From contig OZ024745.1 of the NCBI GenBank assembly GCA_964016885.1, positions 74,276,001-74,340,000 of the forward strand: a DNA stretch of 64,000 nucleotides. Reading direction: 5' to 3'. This document shows positions 23,251 to 37,460 of this stretch, piece after piece (the stretch's first letter is position 1; each line of letters begins with the position of its first letter). Origin of the DNA: Eledone cirrhosa. Its lineage: Eukaryota. Position numbers and translations under genes: made by a program. The notes under the pieces were generated by a model that did no database searches, was not told the origin of the DNA, and worked only from the letters and a program-made list of their open reading frames with translations.

Positions 23251-24575
23251 TAGATGGAGTTTTTCTTATAATTCAGCTTTATGGTATAACTATAGTAGTG
23301 TGTGTTTGATGGTAGTGATGGTGGTGGTATGCTGTTATTTAGACCCAATTTGGCCCTAATTGAGCAGACCTATATAATCATGAGCATTCTAGCCATGGTC
23401 TTTCTGTCTTTCTTTCAGGAATAATGCATCCATAATTACATTATGTAGTAATATGCCAATGTTCAAGATGGTATGGTGTAGTTTGAGGGAGATTTAGCTG
23501 CTATTTCTAGCAGGTAAAATGACCTCATAGAAGTTTCCTCATTGTTATGTTAATAGTGTTGGTGACAACAGATGTCAAATAACATAGCCTCTTGCAACAA
23601 TATCAAGAAACTGGATTAAACAGATGTTTTAATCACATCAAAGTATATTCTTCTTTTGAAGAATGTTCTGTTTCAGTCATGTGACATTAAGAGTTTAAAT
23701 AAAAACAAGACAAGTAATCCTAAAGTTTTCTTATTTTCAATGTCTGACATCTTTTTTTTTCTGTTTTTTTTTTTCTTAATCTCTTTCTTTTTACAAAATT
23801 CCACTCCAGCTAACTATTTGCATTTATATTCTTTTTTTGTTCTATTTTTGGAAGTCAAGCTGCTTCCTGTAACTGAGAAATCTAATATACTCTATAGTGG
23901 TCCTTTGACCTAACTTTATGGGGTGTGGTTTCAATGTTTCTTAATTTTAATTTTTATAATGTATTACCATCATCATGAGGGTGAGTCTTTTCCTCTCTAT
24001 CTAACCTTTTGTAAGGCTTGATTATCATAGATAAGATGAATTTAGATTCAAGGCTAATGTATCAAAAGCTTTTGACATGTTCTAATGGTTTCTACTAGGT
24101 TGTCTCTCCATGAACTTTCACTTCAAGTTCTGCCACCATACCTTGACTGGGACTAAAATCTAATTGTTAGCCCTAGTTTCTCACCACATATTGGCACAGC
24201 ATATGAGAAAATACCAGCTGCTCATTAAACTCTGCTTCTGCTTATATATATCTATATATATATCTATACAGTGTGAAGGTAAACGCTAGCTGTTAACTTA
24301 ACCTTCCTTTCTATGAGCTATCCTTATCATCTTAACACCAAATATTAAACGTTTGCTTCAATATATTAATAATAATCATGGTATATAATGAAATGAAGTT
24401 TGCATCTCACATCTATGCAGGTTTAGCTGGCTTCCCTCTAGGTTGCCTCTTATAGATGGTTTCTCATGTGTTTTAATGATAGGGAGCATATATATATATA
24501 TATATGTTTGTAAACCGTAAAACGGTGATGATGATGATGATATATATGTTTGTGTTCTCTTTTCTACCTTTTCTA

Positions 24576-24622
<47 letters not shown>

Positions 24623-24888
24623 TGTTTGCTTTTCCATACTTGAATGCATCAAATGGGACTTTTTGAGACTGTCTTATGATCAAGTGGTCAGGTGCCCTTC
24701 CTAATACCAACCCTTTTAGCTTCTTACAATACACAGATTACACTGCACTTATTCGAAAAACCAGAATACGTACAGAATTATATATATAATATATATATAT
24801 ATATTGAAATTAAATGAGAAAAAACTTTGTCTGGGGGTATAAACAAGATAGACAAAAAAAAATATTCTATCTAACGTCACTTATAGAT

Positions 24889-24965
24889 CTCCCTCCCATG
24901 GTTTTGGTATGAATTATTATTGGAACCACCAATAATTGAAGAATCCTCCACTCTCTTCAGGGGAG
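24889..24965 (-). ncRNA. Decayed minimal hammerhead motif of a different subfamily
   Basis: Minus strand: CUCCC CUGAAGA [long stem II region] C-AAAA CCAUGG GA GGGAG. Stem I CUCCC/GGGAG and palindromic stem III CCAUGG are intact; GAAA reads AAAA and UH reads GA. Confidence 0.55.
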
Positions 24966-25544
24966 TTTAATTATTCAAGTCTCTGGGAGATTTATTTCAT
25001 TGTTTAAATATTAGAGACTAATTAACTTTTAATTAATATATACACACAATCAATTTACACTCCAAAGAATACAAAGAACTCATAATTAATAGGACATGTG
25101 TTTCAATGACTATAGCCATCTAGCCATACCTAAAGATTAAGACAGTTGCTACTAATTTACCTACATACTGAAATATCTTGATAGTATCCACACATGTAAA
25201 TGCTCCATTAGGAAATGACAACTGATAAAAATGATAAGGATGCAAATAGAATTACTGTATATATTTGTGTAAAAGTTGAATTTCTTTGACCATTTTTTAA
25301 GGTTAAATTTATGGTGTTGACTATTACATGGACGTTACTTTTGAGGGGCTTGAAATTCATGCTAGAATCCAAAGTACTGTATCAGTAGCAGAAGCAGAAA
25401 CTCAACTGATTTCTAAACAAATAAAAATTAAAAGAATGAATTATAGGAATATTACCAATTCTCTGCATCAAAATACACTTCCTAGTAAATAACAACATTT
25501 CTCACCATGTAAACAGACATTGAGACAAGCACTGATGCATGTTA

Positions 25545-25788
25545 TCATCATCATCATTTCATTTTACGCCCGCTTTTTCCCTGCTTGCAAGGGTGGGACG
25601 GGAACTGATTCTGGCTTGATTTCTACAGCTGGATGCCCTTCCTAACACCAACCTCATTTACAGTGAGTGCTGGGTGCTTTTTTGCCGTGGCACCTCCACG
25701 ACCACTTTGCAGTGGAATGATAGGGACCCCAGTCCCTATCATCTCATTTCTACAGCTGAGTAAACTAGAGCAATGTGAAATAAAGTGT
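25545..25788 (-). mobile_element. Chimeric SINE (B core plus C tail), 5' truncated
   Basis: Near-identical reverse complement of 11507-11750. Confidence 0.88.
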
Positions 25789-25909
25789 CTATTGTATTTA
25801 TTGCATGTGTCTATTGTATTTATTGCATGTGTTTATTGTATTTATTGCATGTGTCTATTGTATTTATTGCATGTGTCTATTGTATTTATTGCATGTGTTT
25901 ATTGTATTT
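25785..25909. repeat. 22-bp minisatellite (C/T)TATTGTATTTATTGCATGTGT, about 5.5 copies
   Basis: Tandem copies starting at the truncation point of the adjacent SINE. Confidence 0.92.
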
Positions 25910-27749
25910 GGAAATGAGGGTAAATTTTTAGTTTCAGACATGCTATAATATACATTTACCTTAAAATTATGATGATTTTGTAAGTGTTATTTCTACATAC
26001 AGGATGATACCTTGACACATAAATGTTGACTTTTATACGACGAGGTCTTTGGAAAATTCTAGATTTTTTTTTTACATGAGATCAAGTATATATGATATTT
26101 CTTGAAGTTACTAATAAAGAAAATAGAAACAAACCAAAAGAAATATCATAGTATACTTCTAAGCCAATTTTTTAAGGCAGAATGTAAAAGCAACAACACT
26201 AAGATCATTTGGTTAACACTTTTGATTTTCAGTGACATTCACCTATTTTCTGAAGCTTTTCATCTCAGTAACTTTTAGAGTAGCATAAGCCATTATTTTG
26301 TACTCCTTCCCACCCTGTTTCATTGATAATTTGGGATAAGGTACATAAGTAATGTCCTAAAACATATTAGGTTGTTGGAACATGAATAAAGATTTCATTT
26401 CCATGGGAAGATATACTGGAGTGTTTTCACATGTTCTTCTCCACACCTATGGGAGGAGTTGAGCTGCATAGTTTAAAATGTATTTAGGTTAAATGTTAGT
26501 CTTTGTAGATGTTGATGGGGGGAAAACCCTGTAGAAATAAGCAAATGTAAAACAGAAAACAAATGGATGATCATGAAAATGATGATTACTCAATATACAC
26601 ACATTCATTGTCTTCTCATGAGTAAGTGAAACTTGTTTTGAACATGAAACCAGCAACACTTTTTCTTTCTTTGTTTTTTTTCTTAGAACCCATGCCAGCA
26701 TGTAAAAATAGATATAAATGTTGTTGATGATGGACATGTTAGAATTTCGGGTAACTGGTTTCTGGCAGGTGCAAAGCATCAAATTTATAGGGAAAATGAA
26801 ATGAGAGATTGTCTAACATTCAGGCTTTTTAAAAAATATTAGTTATAATATGGCAATAGCTACAACTAGGAGCCAAAAATCTAAATAGCACTTTACTTTC
26901 ATGCTGGTCTACCTACTCAAACCTCTGCTTTACTGAAATACTGACATCTTCATCTATTCATCTATATATAACTGACCTACTGACCTCTTTGTTTAAAAAA
27001 CCAGCTTTCAAGAAGGAATGTCCTTTTGAAGACATATAAATAGCAATGTTAAAAGCTGTATGGAAGGGATATCTGACCCCATCTTTTAAAATACAAAATG
27101 TGTTTCTGTCGCCTCTTTCCACCACTCATTTCCTTACTCTCCCATTTCTCTTTCTCTCCCCCTCAACTTTAAGTTTTCAAAACTCACATCGTACTCAGCC
27201 CACTTTCCACTAACATCTATTTTATTTCTATAGGAAGAAAACTTAGCTTAGATAAAATATGTTTTAATAGAATCCTTTCATTCTTAAGATGAATTGTGTT
27301 TTGGGGAAGGCACATGTGCATATGTACACATACACATAAACACATGCATGCAATATTTTCTTAAGCTGAATTGTCTTTGAGAAGAAACACAGACAGCCTC
27401 ATCCCCTCCTCTATCTCACTTTCACTCTCCTTCTCTTTTATTCTTTCTCTCCTTGAGTAGATTGTCTTTCAGAATATACACACACACACACAGCAAAAAT
27501 CCACTTTACATCCAAAGTAGAGTTTTATCTTATCAAAAGAAAACAGAAAAATAATCCTCATATTTGATGTTTATATCTTGTTTGTTTCTATAAAATTATT
27601 TCTGCCATAGCCATCTTACATGCACAATGTCCATCTTCCCCACATAATAAATTTTCTTCTTCCAAGCAAAAACAAAACAAAACAAAACAAAAACATAAAA
27701 GATATAACTAAGTAAATAAATAATTGACAAATAAATACATAAATCCAGC

Positions 27750-27785
<36 letters not shown>

Positions 27786-28324
27786 CATAGTGGTGGTAGT
27801 GGTGGTAGTGATGGAGAAGGATGATGATGATGGTGGTGATGATAATGACAACAGCATTAACAATGATAATAATAAATCTATAATGTTTCCTCATTTCAAA
27901 AGATTGGAAGTTCTTCAATGAACAGCTTGACTTTATCTTCTCCGCTGACAAGCAGTTGTTTCCTCTCCTTTTACACACATGTATACACATATGTGTACAT
28001 GTACATATACACACAATATTTCTTTTCATTTTTAATTTTTTTCTTTCTTTCTTTTTTTTTTGTTCTTAATATTAGTTAAGCACTACCCCTTTGAAGAATT
28101 CCTCTCCTACTCTTTTCCAAAACTGCCATCACCATCAAATTATTTACCACTCCAAGCTCACCTTTATTTCTGCTTCATCATCCTCATTGCTATTATTATA
28201 GCAATATAATTACAGAAATAACGGCTCTAAAGAAAAAAACTGTACAATATGTAGTTTTGCCCCTCAACTATTGAGTTCAACTCCTACTGTGTCAGCTTAA
28301 CCTTTCATATACTGGGCTGAGATT

Positions 28325-28542
28325 GGTGGATTGGCAGTATCGGTAGAACATCAGACAACATGCTTTATGGTAAAGGGTTATGCTCCTTCATGATTTGAGT
28401 TTAAATCCTGCTGATGTTAGCTTTGCCTTTCATTCTTATGGGGGTCGATAAAATAAAGCACCAGTAATGCACTGGGGTCAATTTAATCAACTTTCCCCTC
28501 CCCCAAAATTGTTGGCTTTGTGCCTAAATTAGAAACTAATAA
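28325..28542 (+). mobile_element. SINE family A, longer-tail variant
   Basis: A-box, B-box, core GCCTTTCATTCTTATGGGGGTCGATAAAATAAAGCACCAG and tail with CCCCTCCCCCAAAATT. Confidence 0.85.
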
Positions 28543-28644
28543 TATTCTGGGCTGATTTAATCAACTGTGCAACTCCCTGAAAATCTTGACTTTGTGATTT
28601 ACTTCGAAATCATTATTATCATTGCTTTATAATCATACATACAC

Positions 28645-28675
<31 letters not shown>

Positions 28676-28809
28676 TCTACTGTTGTGTATAATCAATCAA
28701 ACTATTTTATGGATATCTAATACTGTTTACCTTACATATGACAGATATACACTCACTCACTCACATACACTCTCACTTCTTCTTTTTCTTATTCTTCCTC
28801 TTCTTTTTA

Positions 28810-29030
28810 CTTCTTTTTCTTCTTCTTCTTCTTCTCCTCCTCCTCCCACTTATTCTTGAGAGGGTCGTGAGGGCAGAGTGCTCAAACACTCCTTCCAGCT
28901 GGTCCTGTCAGAAGCAACTGTTTCCAACTGATCCAGCTGGATCCCCAAGTGGGACCAGCTGAGCCTGCAAAATTTTGCTCAGAGTCTACCCCTGGGTCTC
29001 CTGTCAGTTGGTTTTGCTCATAAAATCTGA
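28810..29030 (-). mobile_element. RTE-clade LINE 3' fragment with (GAA)n tail
   Basis: Shares GGTCCTGTCAGAAGCAACT...GCTGGATCCCCAAG and GTCTACCCCTGGGTCTCCTG with 59486-60045. Confidence 0.8.
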
Positions 29031-31329
29031 AATAACCTTCTCAAATTAACCTAAGACTACACATTTATAAGGGACATGTCTTGTCGAAATCATTCACTAC
29101 ATAACATTACTACTACATCTTTTAATCAACCTTTTGGGAAGAAAATTGAAAGCTAACTTCACCAGGATCTGGACTTAGAACTTAATTAAAGGTTTCTATC
29201 ATTTCTGGCTTCTATCATTTCTTTTACTTTTATCATATCTTGCTTTCTAGAAATAAATGCCAGCCAAATTATAATTGATAATTTCAGATGAGAACAAAAG
29301 AATGCAATAAAAGCTACAAAGTTCAAATTAACTTCTTGTCTTTGCAGATATATTTTTAAAAGCATTTTTGATTAGTTTAATCACTCTTTCTTTTTTTCCC
29401 TTTGCATTTTCTTTTAATCATCATAATCATCGTCATCATCGTTGTTGTTATTGTTATTTAAGGACCAAGTAATCTCAAATTAATTTTAATGCAACATTGC
29501 TATTTCTTCATAGGGGTTAGCTTGTCATGAATTTTAAAATTTAGCTTTTCTACAGAGAGCTAAAATCAAAGAATTCTGCTAGCAGCAGCTGCTGCTGGCA
29601 CATGAGGTAGAAAATGTAAAGAGAAAACAAGCCTTTCTAGTATGGAGGATTTATTATATGCTATTTTGAATCTTGTAAAATGTCTCACAATATTTATTTG
29701 TCTGGGCTTGTTAATTTGTTTGTGATAAGTAATATGTGGGCTTTGAAATTGTTCATATGCTACAGTGTTTTTGTCCTATAGGTTTCTATTGCTCTTTTCC
29801 ATCAACACTATCAAACAAACACCCACTATAGTGTATGTGTGTATTTGTGGGTCTCTGGCTATCTTCTTTCTCTCAACCCTATCTATTTCTGAAAGAATAC
29901 CATAAAATTTAGGGAAAAATTTTAAGTAATTTAATTTTATTTCTTATTTTATTTCCTTTCATTAAATTGCCATTTTGGCAATTTTAAATTGTCTTTTTTT
30001 TTTTCTTTTCTTTTTCGTCTCTCTGAGCATGATATTTTACAGGCCTTATTTTTTTTATTAAATCTAATCTAAAATATACTCTAAGATCAAAGTCATTCCA
30101 AAATCTCTCATTTTTGTTTTTCATCATTACCATCATCGCTACTTAAAGTAATCTTTTGTATTGGCACATGTATTTGCTGAACATAAGAATTTCACAGAGA
30201 ATTATCATTTAAAATGCTTTTATCATTGGATGTATTAAAAAGAAAAAAAAATGTTGTTTGTTTTCTGATCTATAATCCAGTTCAAAGAATATCCATTCTA
30301 GGTGTCAATTTTTAATGTGAAATTTATTAAAATAAACAGGCATCAAATAGATTTCAAGTCATTTTCATTTTGTAATTGGTGGTAGAAATCACAAAATAAA
30401 ATTTGGGTAGAAGAGTAGAGAATTCTTGTTAACACAAAAATGAAATCTATAAACAGACATGTCCCTGAATTTTTTTTATTCTATTCATTTAATTTATCTA
30501 TTTTATATTTTGTCCTCTCAAAAAAAAAAAAAAAAAACTTTTCAAAAAAAAAAAAAATCTTTATGACTAAATAATTATCAAAAATGAATTATCAAGACAA
30601 TATATATATATATATATATATTTTTTTTCTTGAGAGAGCAGAGTATCAAAACAACCCTAGACTATCAATTGTATAGTTTTAGATTTTGTCTTTGGACAAG
30701 ACAATAAACTCTACTAATTTTCATGATTACTTCATAAAGTATTAACATCATTGATATTGTTGATCTTTCACTAAATCAATACAGCATTGTCTTTCATCAT
30801 TCTGTGATAGGTTGGGGCTGGTTAAAATAACTAGCAGCCAAATGCAGTGATTATCATCATTTAATGTATGTTCTCCCTACTAGCAAGTTATCAAATTAAT
30901 CAATAAAACCTTTCCCCCAAAATGTGTGCTTATGTTAGAAATTATCGTTGTTATAACTCATAATAAAACCCGTTTTGGGCTATTATGACCCTCTGACTCA
31001 TACCCTCATAGAAAGCCAATGCAAAATTATTATTATTCCTTATGGCCTGAGCTGTATTAACCCATAGCTTGATCTGTAGGTTTTCAGCCATATTGAGCCC
31101 CTTCACTACAGCAAAAAAACAAACAAGAAAGATTGATAGAAAGGTGCTCTGCAGTACATGGTCACCACTCACTGATAAAGATTTACATTTCATTTCTATC
31201 TCATTTTAAAATGAACTTTATATGCTGCAGTTTATGGTAACCATTTTATTCCCTGCTGTAAACTATGGTTGTTGGTACAACTTGGAGTAGATCTGTCCTC
31301 TATTCTGTGGATATCTAATCTCCCCAACA

Positions 31330-31990
31330 CAAATGCTTTGCATACTTGTTTGACCAGCACTATCTGGCATGTTTCCATTCTGCCTCCCATTTACATAGCA
31401 GGGCCTGGCTGAACACAGTCAACTGATACCAAGCTGGACACTGGCTGTCTCTGTATTGATGTTTCCCTGGGGCTCAGTCTCTGAATGTGTGAGCAACACA
31501 AATGCCATTGTAGATCCATGGTAGATGCTTTTGGTCTTTATCTGCTGTCTTGCTACCTCAGTGCCAGTCACCTACCATGAAATATTGGTCTCAATGAGAC
31601 TAATAAGTGCAGCTTGGGTGCTACTGGCTTCCCATTGCAACTCAATCTGATGAGGTTAGACCAAGAGAACAGCCAAGTGCTAGATGGTGGTAAGCACCTC
31701 ATTTGTGATGTGACATGCAGTGATACTTTCTCCAGCAGCAGTCAGATGAATTCAGCAATAGATCCAGGTTTCATTTCCCAACAACCAAAAGGTTGCTGTA
31801 CCAGCTGCTCTCCAGTAAGCTTATCATTGAGCTTATAAAAGTAGAATCTTATAGCAACCTGGGTCCCCAAAACTATCTCCCTACTCACTGCAATCAGGAT
31901 AGATTTGGTCACCCATAAGAACAAGCCCCATGGGTCAGGATTGATATTTCAGCACATCTTCTTTGCTATCTTCCTGAGTAATGCCTCTTC
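31330..31990 (+). mobile_element. Decayed CRE-like (restriction-like endonuclease) non-LTR retrotransposon, C-terminal region
   Basis: Frameshifted motifs in the expected order: AWLNT (GAWL), CHCRSMVDAFGLYLLSC (zinc knuckle), LNETNKCSLGATGFP, GKHLICDVTCSDTF (GKxLxWDVTCxDT), then LIFQHIFFAI (LxQRLSxAI). Confidence 0.65.
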
Positions 31991-32579
31991 AATTCTGTCT
32001 GTTGGGACCATGAGGCAACATCCACCTGAGGTTCTGCAAGTCTGAGAAGCAGAACAGGCAAATGAAGGAATGTGACAACCTTACATTGGCTGATTTGTAC
32101 TGTTACCTTTGCCCACTTCACACACACACATAAGGGTAATTTCTCCACAGGCAATATGTGAACATTAGTATGTATGAATTCACTGAGAATATATTTAAAT
32201 ATTTATTTTAAAACTTGTGATTATATATGCATGATAGAACTGGAAACCTCCTGTGCAATGCAACCTTGAAGGAGGCCAAGCTAAACCTACATAAGTGTGA
32301 GCTGTAACAACAACAGCCACCAGATTATATACACCTATGAATATACATACATATATATGTACACACATGCATATGAATGTTTAAAATGCCTGACAGAAGA
32401 AGCAAGTACAAAAGATGTTCAAAGAATTCCTACTTTGGCCAAGATGGAATGTGCTAACTACATTTTAAGTAGACACTTAAAGATATAAAAGTTAACATTA
32501 GATTCTTCACACATCTACCACATTGCCAAACTTCCTCAACTTTTCTCTATAGATTATTTTAGTGTGTTTATATCCTTTT

Positions 32580-32760
32580 CCTTCTTCTTCTTCTTCCCAC
32601 AAGGGCTGAAGAGGCACAATCCTCAGAACACATTCCAAAAGGTGGTGCTGTCAGAAGTAATTATCTCTATATGATCCAGCTGGATCCTGAAGCCAGATCA
32701 ACTGAAGTTATGAATGTTACCCAGCCATCTTGCTCATGGTCTACCTCTGGTTCTTCTGCT
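32580..32760 (-). mobile_element. RTE-clade LINE 3' fragment
   Basis: (CTT)n followed by CTGTCAGAAGTAATT...GATCCAGCTGGATCC...GGTCTACCTCTGGTTCTTC, as at 59.5 kb. Confidence 0.7.
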
Positions 32761-34448
32761 TTGAAAATGTAAACAAATGGAAATATATTATTACTATTCC
32801 CCAGCCGTAGAAAACCCGCCAGACAGTCCTATACGAGCAAGACAACCAATCTTGCCTCAAGTGGGAAATTCCTGTCCAAACCCATGCTAGCATGGAAGAT
32901 GGACGTTAAACGATGATGATGTTGTTGATGATGATGATGATATTCCCCCCATACACAGAAAAATATTGGGATCACCTATACATGTTTCACAGCTTATTGG
33001 CATCAGAAAAGAAGTGCCTTTATTTTTTGTCCACTAAAAGAATTATATCAAACCAAGACTCAACTGAAATAGCTAGTCTAATTAGCATGCCAGGCATTCA
33101 GTAGCTACATGATTAATTAGATAATGAATATTATATTGAAAAGGCTTAAAACAAGTAGTCTATTTTGTTTAATGAAAGGAAATAATCCAAAGCATTCTGC
33201 TAGATTTATAGAAAAAATGACAAGCTATTCTATTGTTAATGTGACTTCCACATGTGATCTCTTTGAAAACTTATAACTTAAAGTCATAATCTTCACAATA
33301 TAAATTCTGTCTACTGATTGGTCAGTTATTTGCTTTCATTTATTTATTTTGTTATATTGTGGGAGGAAGGAATGTCACTTATGAACTTGGAGGTCCTCCC
33401 AAACTCATAAGGTCAAGGACATTAGCAACATAAAAGTCAAGGACCTAGCAATATAAATGTCAAGAGCATTTGCAACATAAATGTGACATAGACTTAGTAC
33501 AGGGGTAAGGGGGGAGTGTATTAACTCTATGTTCACCCTGTAAATAAGGCATTCTTATGTAAACTCAAGGTCTCAAATTTATAGAATATGAGAAAAACTG
33601 AATTACTAGAATTTTAGAATTGATTTTACAATTTTCTTTTTAATCCCATCCTATTATTACTAAAATTTACTGCTGCTAGTGCTTGTTAGTATTTAAGATA
33701 CGTTAAAGGTGGAAGGTCATGCTTCCTATCAAGCTATAGGGCAAAAAAAAACTAATCAGGAAACATTGCCTTTTGACATTTCAACTTCCTTGATTCTTTC
33801 TTTCCCATTCCTCTCTCCTTCCTTCTCTGATATTCTTTCTCTTTGTCCATTTTCGTTCTCTCACTCTAAATTACATAGACAAATTTTAATTTTAATAATA
33901 GTGAATTAATAATACACCTTGATATTAAGTTGTGTAATTATATTTTAGATGTAACCAAAGTATGGATATTACTTAATAACTATTGTATAGCATCCCACAC
34001 AATAGTGTAATAAATGCTGTAGTAAAGCAATACCCCATAGATCACTGCACTAAAATATACAATAGTAAGTTTCACAATTTCAATGCTACATGATATATGT
34101 GTGAACCTGTCTCTACAGGAAGAGTTGTAGGGGTACTGTAGTGCCATACCCTGTTTCTTGATCATTTTAAACCTTCCAGATCCCATCCCTCTCCAGGTCT
34201 GAACACAACTGATTTCTTCCAGAGTGATAGAGAAGAAGTGAGAAAGGGATATAGAGGAAGAATCAACCCCAGCACTGAACTGGTATTTTTTGTTTATCAA
34301 CCTTGAAAGGATGAAAGACAACATTGATCTTGACAGGAATTAAACATAGAATGCAAAGAGTCGACATGAACTCTGCAAAACATTCTATCCAACATTCTAT
34401 TGACTCTGCCCATTCACCACCTTATAAGCTTCATTATATTTTGCCATA

Positions 34449-34635
34449 GGGCGGTGGATTGGCAGTATTGGTAGAGGGTCGGATGCCATGCTTTGATGTA
34501 TAGTGTTACGGTCCTTGCCATTCTGAGTTCAAAACCCGCCGAGGATAACTTTGCCTTTCATCCTTACAGGGTCGATAAAATAAAGTACCAGTAATGCACT
34601 GGATATTTGCTGGCCTTGTGCCAAACGTAGAAACA
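34449..34635 (+). mobile_element. SINE family A, full length, 16-bp TSD
   Basis: ATTATATTTTGCCATA at 34433-34448 and 34636-34651 flanks a copy beginning GGGCGGTGGATTGGCAGTATTGG. Confidence 0.93.
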
Positions 34636-35374
34636 ATTATATTTTGCCATATTGCACAATAATATATCACTTCACTGTGCAGTAATATTCCAAAGTACTT
34701 ATATCTTATAATACCATTCTACCTCATATGGTTAGGTACATCATACATGACACCAAGCTATGATATATTTAACACCCACCATACTTTATCATGCCAAACC
34801 ACACCACATAATTCTACATTATATCTTTAGGTGTTTGAAATGAATACTGTTCTGGTGGCAGGTGGGGATTAAGCAAAAGGTTTAGTGCGAAGTTTAGAGG
34901 ATAAGAGATAGTAAGGTTAGTGTAAGATGGGGAGACATATACAAGTCAACTTTCTATGTATCATTTTTCATTCTTTTTTGTTTACTTTTCTCTATATATT
35001 TATGCATATTTACTTCTATTTTATCATTATCTTATATATAAAGAAGAGGTGGCAAATTGGCAGAGTCATTAAAATGTCAGAGAGAATCCTTTGTGGTATT
35101 TGTTCCAGTTTTCTGCTTTCTAAATTCAACATTGCTTTTCATCTTTCAAGGTTAAGAATAAAAATACCAATCTTGTATTGGGGTCAATTCTTCTATATCT
35201 TTTCTCAATTCCCCTCTATCACTCTCTCTGCTCTGGAAGAAATCGGCTGGAGAAGGGATGGACTCCACCAGGAATAAAACATCCAAGAAACACCATATGT
35301 TACTATGGTGCTCCCACAACTCCAACAGGAGTTATGGGTCCAAACATACATATATAAAGGAAAAAAGAAAAAAT

Positions 35375-35848
35375 GCAGATCATACTGTAAAGTGGTTGTT
35401 AGGTGTCGTGACAAAAAGCACCCAATCTACACTGTAAAGTGGTTGTTAGGTGTCATGACAAAAAGCACCCAGTCTACACTCTTAAATGGTCATGTAAGTG
35501 TCACAACGAAAAGCACCCAGCCCACACTGTAAAGTGGTCGTGTAGGTGTCACAACAAAAAGTGCCTGGTTCATCCTGTAAAGTGGCCATATAGGTGTCAT
35601 GACAAAAAGCACCCAGCCCACACTGTAAAGTGGTCGTGTAGGTGTCACAACAAAAAACACCCAGTCCATGTAAATGTGGTTGGTGTTCGGAAGGGTATCC
35701 AGCCGTAGAAACCGAGCCAAATTCAGTTCTGTATGAACAAGACACGATCACCTGATCTGACTTGTCTCACAACAGGACAACTTGTCAAACCCATGCTAGC
35801 ATGGAAAAATGGACATTAAACAGTGATGATGTTGATGATAATGATGAT
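35375..35848 (+). mobile_element. SINE family C with about 7 internal ~41-bp repeats
   Basis: Repeated AAAAAGCACCCAGCCCACACTGTAAAGTGGTCGTGTAGGTGTCAC, then GGAAGGGTATCCAGCCGTAGAAAC and a GATGATG tail. Confidence 0.9.
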
Positions 35849-36856
35849 TATATTTCACTTCTTAGATTTTATACTGATTAGTTTTCTGGCCGCCAACTGT
35901 CTGCAATGTATTCTTAAGGTGCTAGTACAGCAATCCACATTGAAGAGGTGCTATTAAACAGTTATTAAATATGCATTCCAAACATCTCATCTTGTCATCA
36001 TGCTGAGAACACTGCACATGCTGCTATAGCAGTAGACAAGAAGGTGAATGTCATATTGCTTTAACAATGGGCTGTTACTGTACAGTTCTCTTACTTCAAC
36101 AATACAAACATAAGCTGAATACTTGTATTGCTCTGAAAATAAGCCATGAAGAACACCTCATGTTCATCTTGCTGAAGATCATAAACTCTGTGTATGTGAG
36201 TGTAGGGAAGTGGCAAGGGGGTAAAAGACACATACAATATATATATGTGAATTTGATATAATATCCTACACACTCTACCACAAGCATGTATTGGGCACTT
36301 TAGTGCCTATACTTATAAATAAAACACATCACACACACACACACTCACAAATACACACACACAGTAATGATGTGTATTATATATTGGTATATATTTTACA
36401 TTAGTAAAGTGTTATCTGATATAGAATTCCATATAAAATATAAAAGATGGCAGCTTCAACTCTACAACAGGCAGATCCTCCAAAGGCAAGACTTATAAGT
36501 AATGGTCACTTTTTGTTATATAATTTGTGTGTGTGTGTGTGTAAATGAGTCTCATGTAGTTTTGCCAATGTATGTTCGAGTTATTTGAATTAGCATGTAT
36601 GTGACTGAATTTTCCATAGACATACATACCTTTAACAGAATTCCCTGGGACACAGTCCATTTGATGGGCTTGTAACACAGTTTCTGTCTCCCCTATTTCA
36701 CTTACATGGTTTAGATTTGACCAAGGCTTATGGTAAGATATTTCCCAAGATGTCATGCCCTAGGATCAAACCCAGGACCTTATCATTGCATAGCAAACTT
36801 TTTAACCATTTAGATATACCTGCAAACTCTGAGTGTATCCTGAATCAATAAATATT

Positions 36857-36997
36857 TTCTTCTTCTTCTCCTTCATCCACTTATTCCTGAGAGGGTCATG
36901 GGGGCAGAGTCTTCAAACACTCCTTCCAGCGGGTCCTGTCAGAAGCAACTATCTCCAATTGATCCGGCTGGATCCCCAAGCGAGACCAGCCCAGCTC
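36857..36997 (-). mobile_element. RTE-clade LINE 3' fragment
   Basis: Same family as 28810 and 59486 (CCAGCGGGTCCTGTCAGAAGCAACTATCTCCAATTGATCCGGCTGGATCCCCAAG). Confidence 0.8.
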
Positions 36998-37460
36998 AAT
37001 GCTGGTGCCCCAACATGGCCTCAGCCTGTTGGCTGGAACATGTAATAGAGTAGTAACACATTAATGATAGTAGATAATAAAATGAAAAGACCACCTTGTA
37101 ATTCTTGGCAGTTTGAAGTATTTACATTATGAATCCAGATTTTGTTGGGGGGTTAACATTATTTTTCACCATTTAATAAGTATTGAAAATGGTGGTGTAG
37201 TTGAGAGCAGCAGACTTACATTCTGAGTTGAGAATCTTTCTACGGTCAACTTTACCTTTCCTTTCTAAAATTAGCAGCAGACATTCATTGGAGTTGATTC
37301 ATTCATTTTCTTTGACTACATTTCTCTCTTTACTAATTCATGGACTTAAGCCAACATTATCAATGAATAAATGTTTAGTGTATAAATAGCACTAAAATGA
37401 AGCTGCAGTTGTGATAATTCATCATAGTTGTTGTTTTAATATAACAAAAATGACAGGCAT

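Noticed and set aside
27896-27944. Minus-strand terminal-exon candidate GEDKVKLFIEELPIF*
   Set aside because: Short, poor polypyrimidine tract, between microsatellites; not distinguishable from chance.
29556-29610. Series of + strand acceptor-plus-short-ORF candidates (also near 770, 5699, 26003, 47750) as alternative last exons
   Set aside because: AG followed by a stop within about 20 codons is expected often in AT-rich DNA; no shared phase or homology supports them.
35375-35670. Regular 41-bp repeats as CRISPR or a coding repeat (CHDKKHPAHTVKW)
   Set aside because: No unique spacers; the unit is internal to SINE family C and reading frames shift between units.
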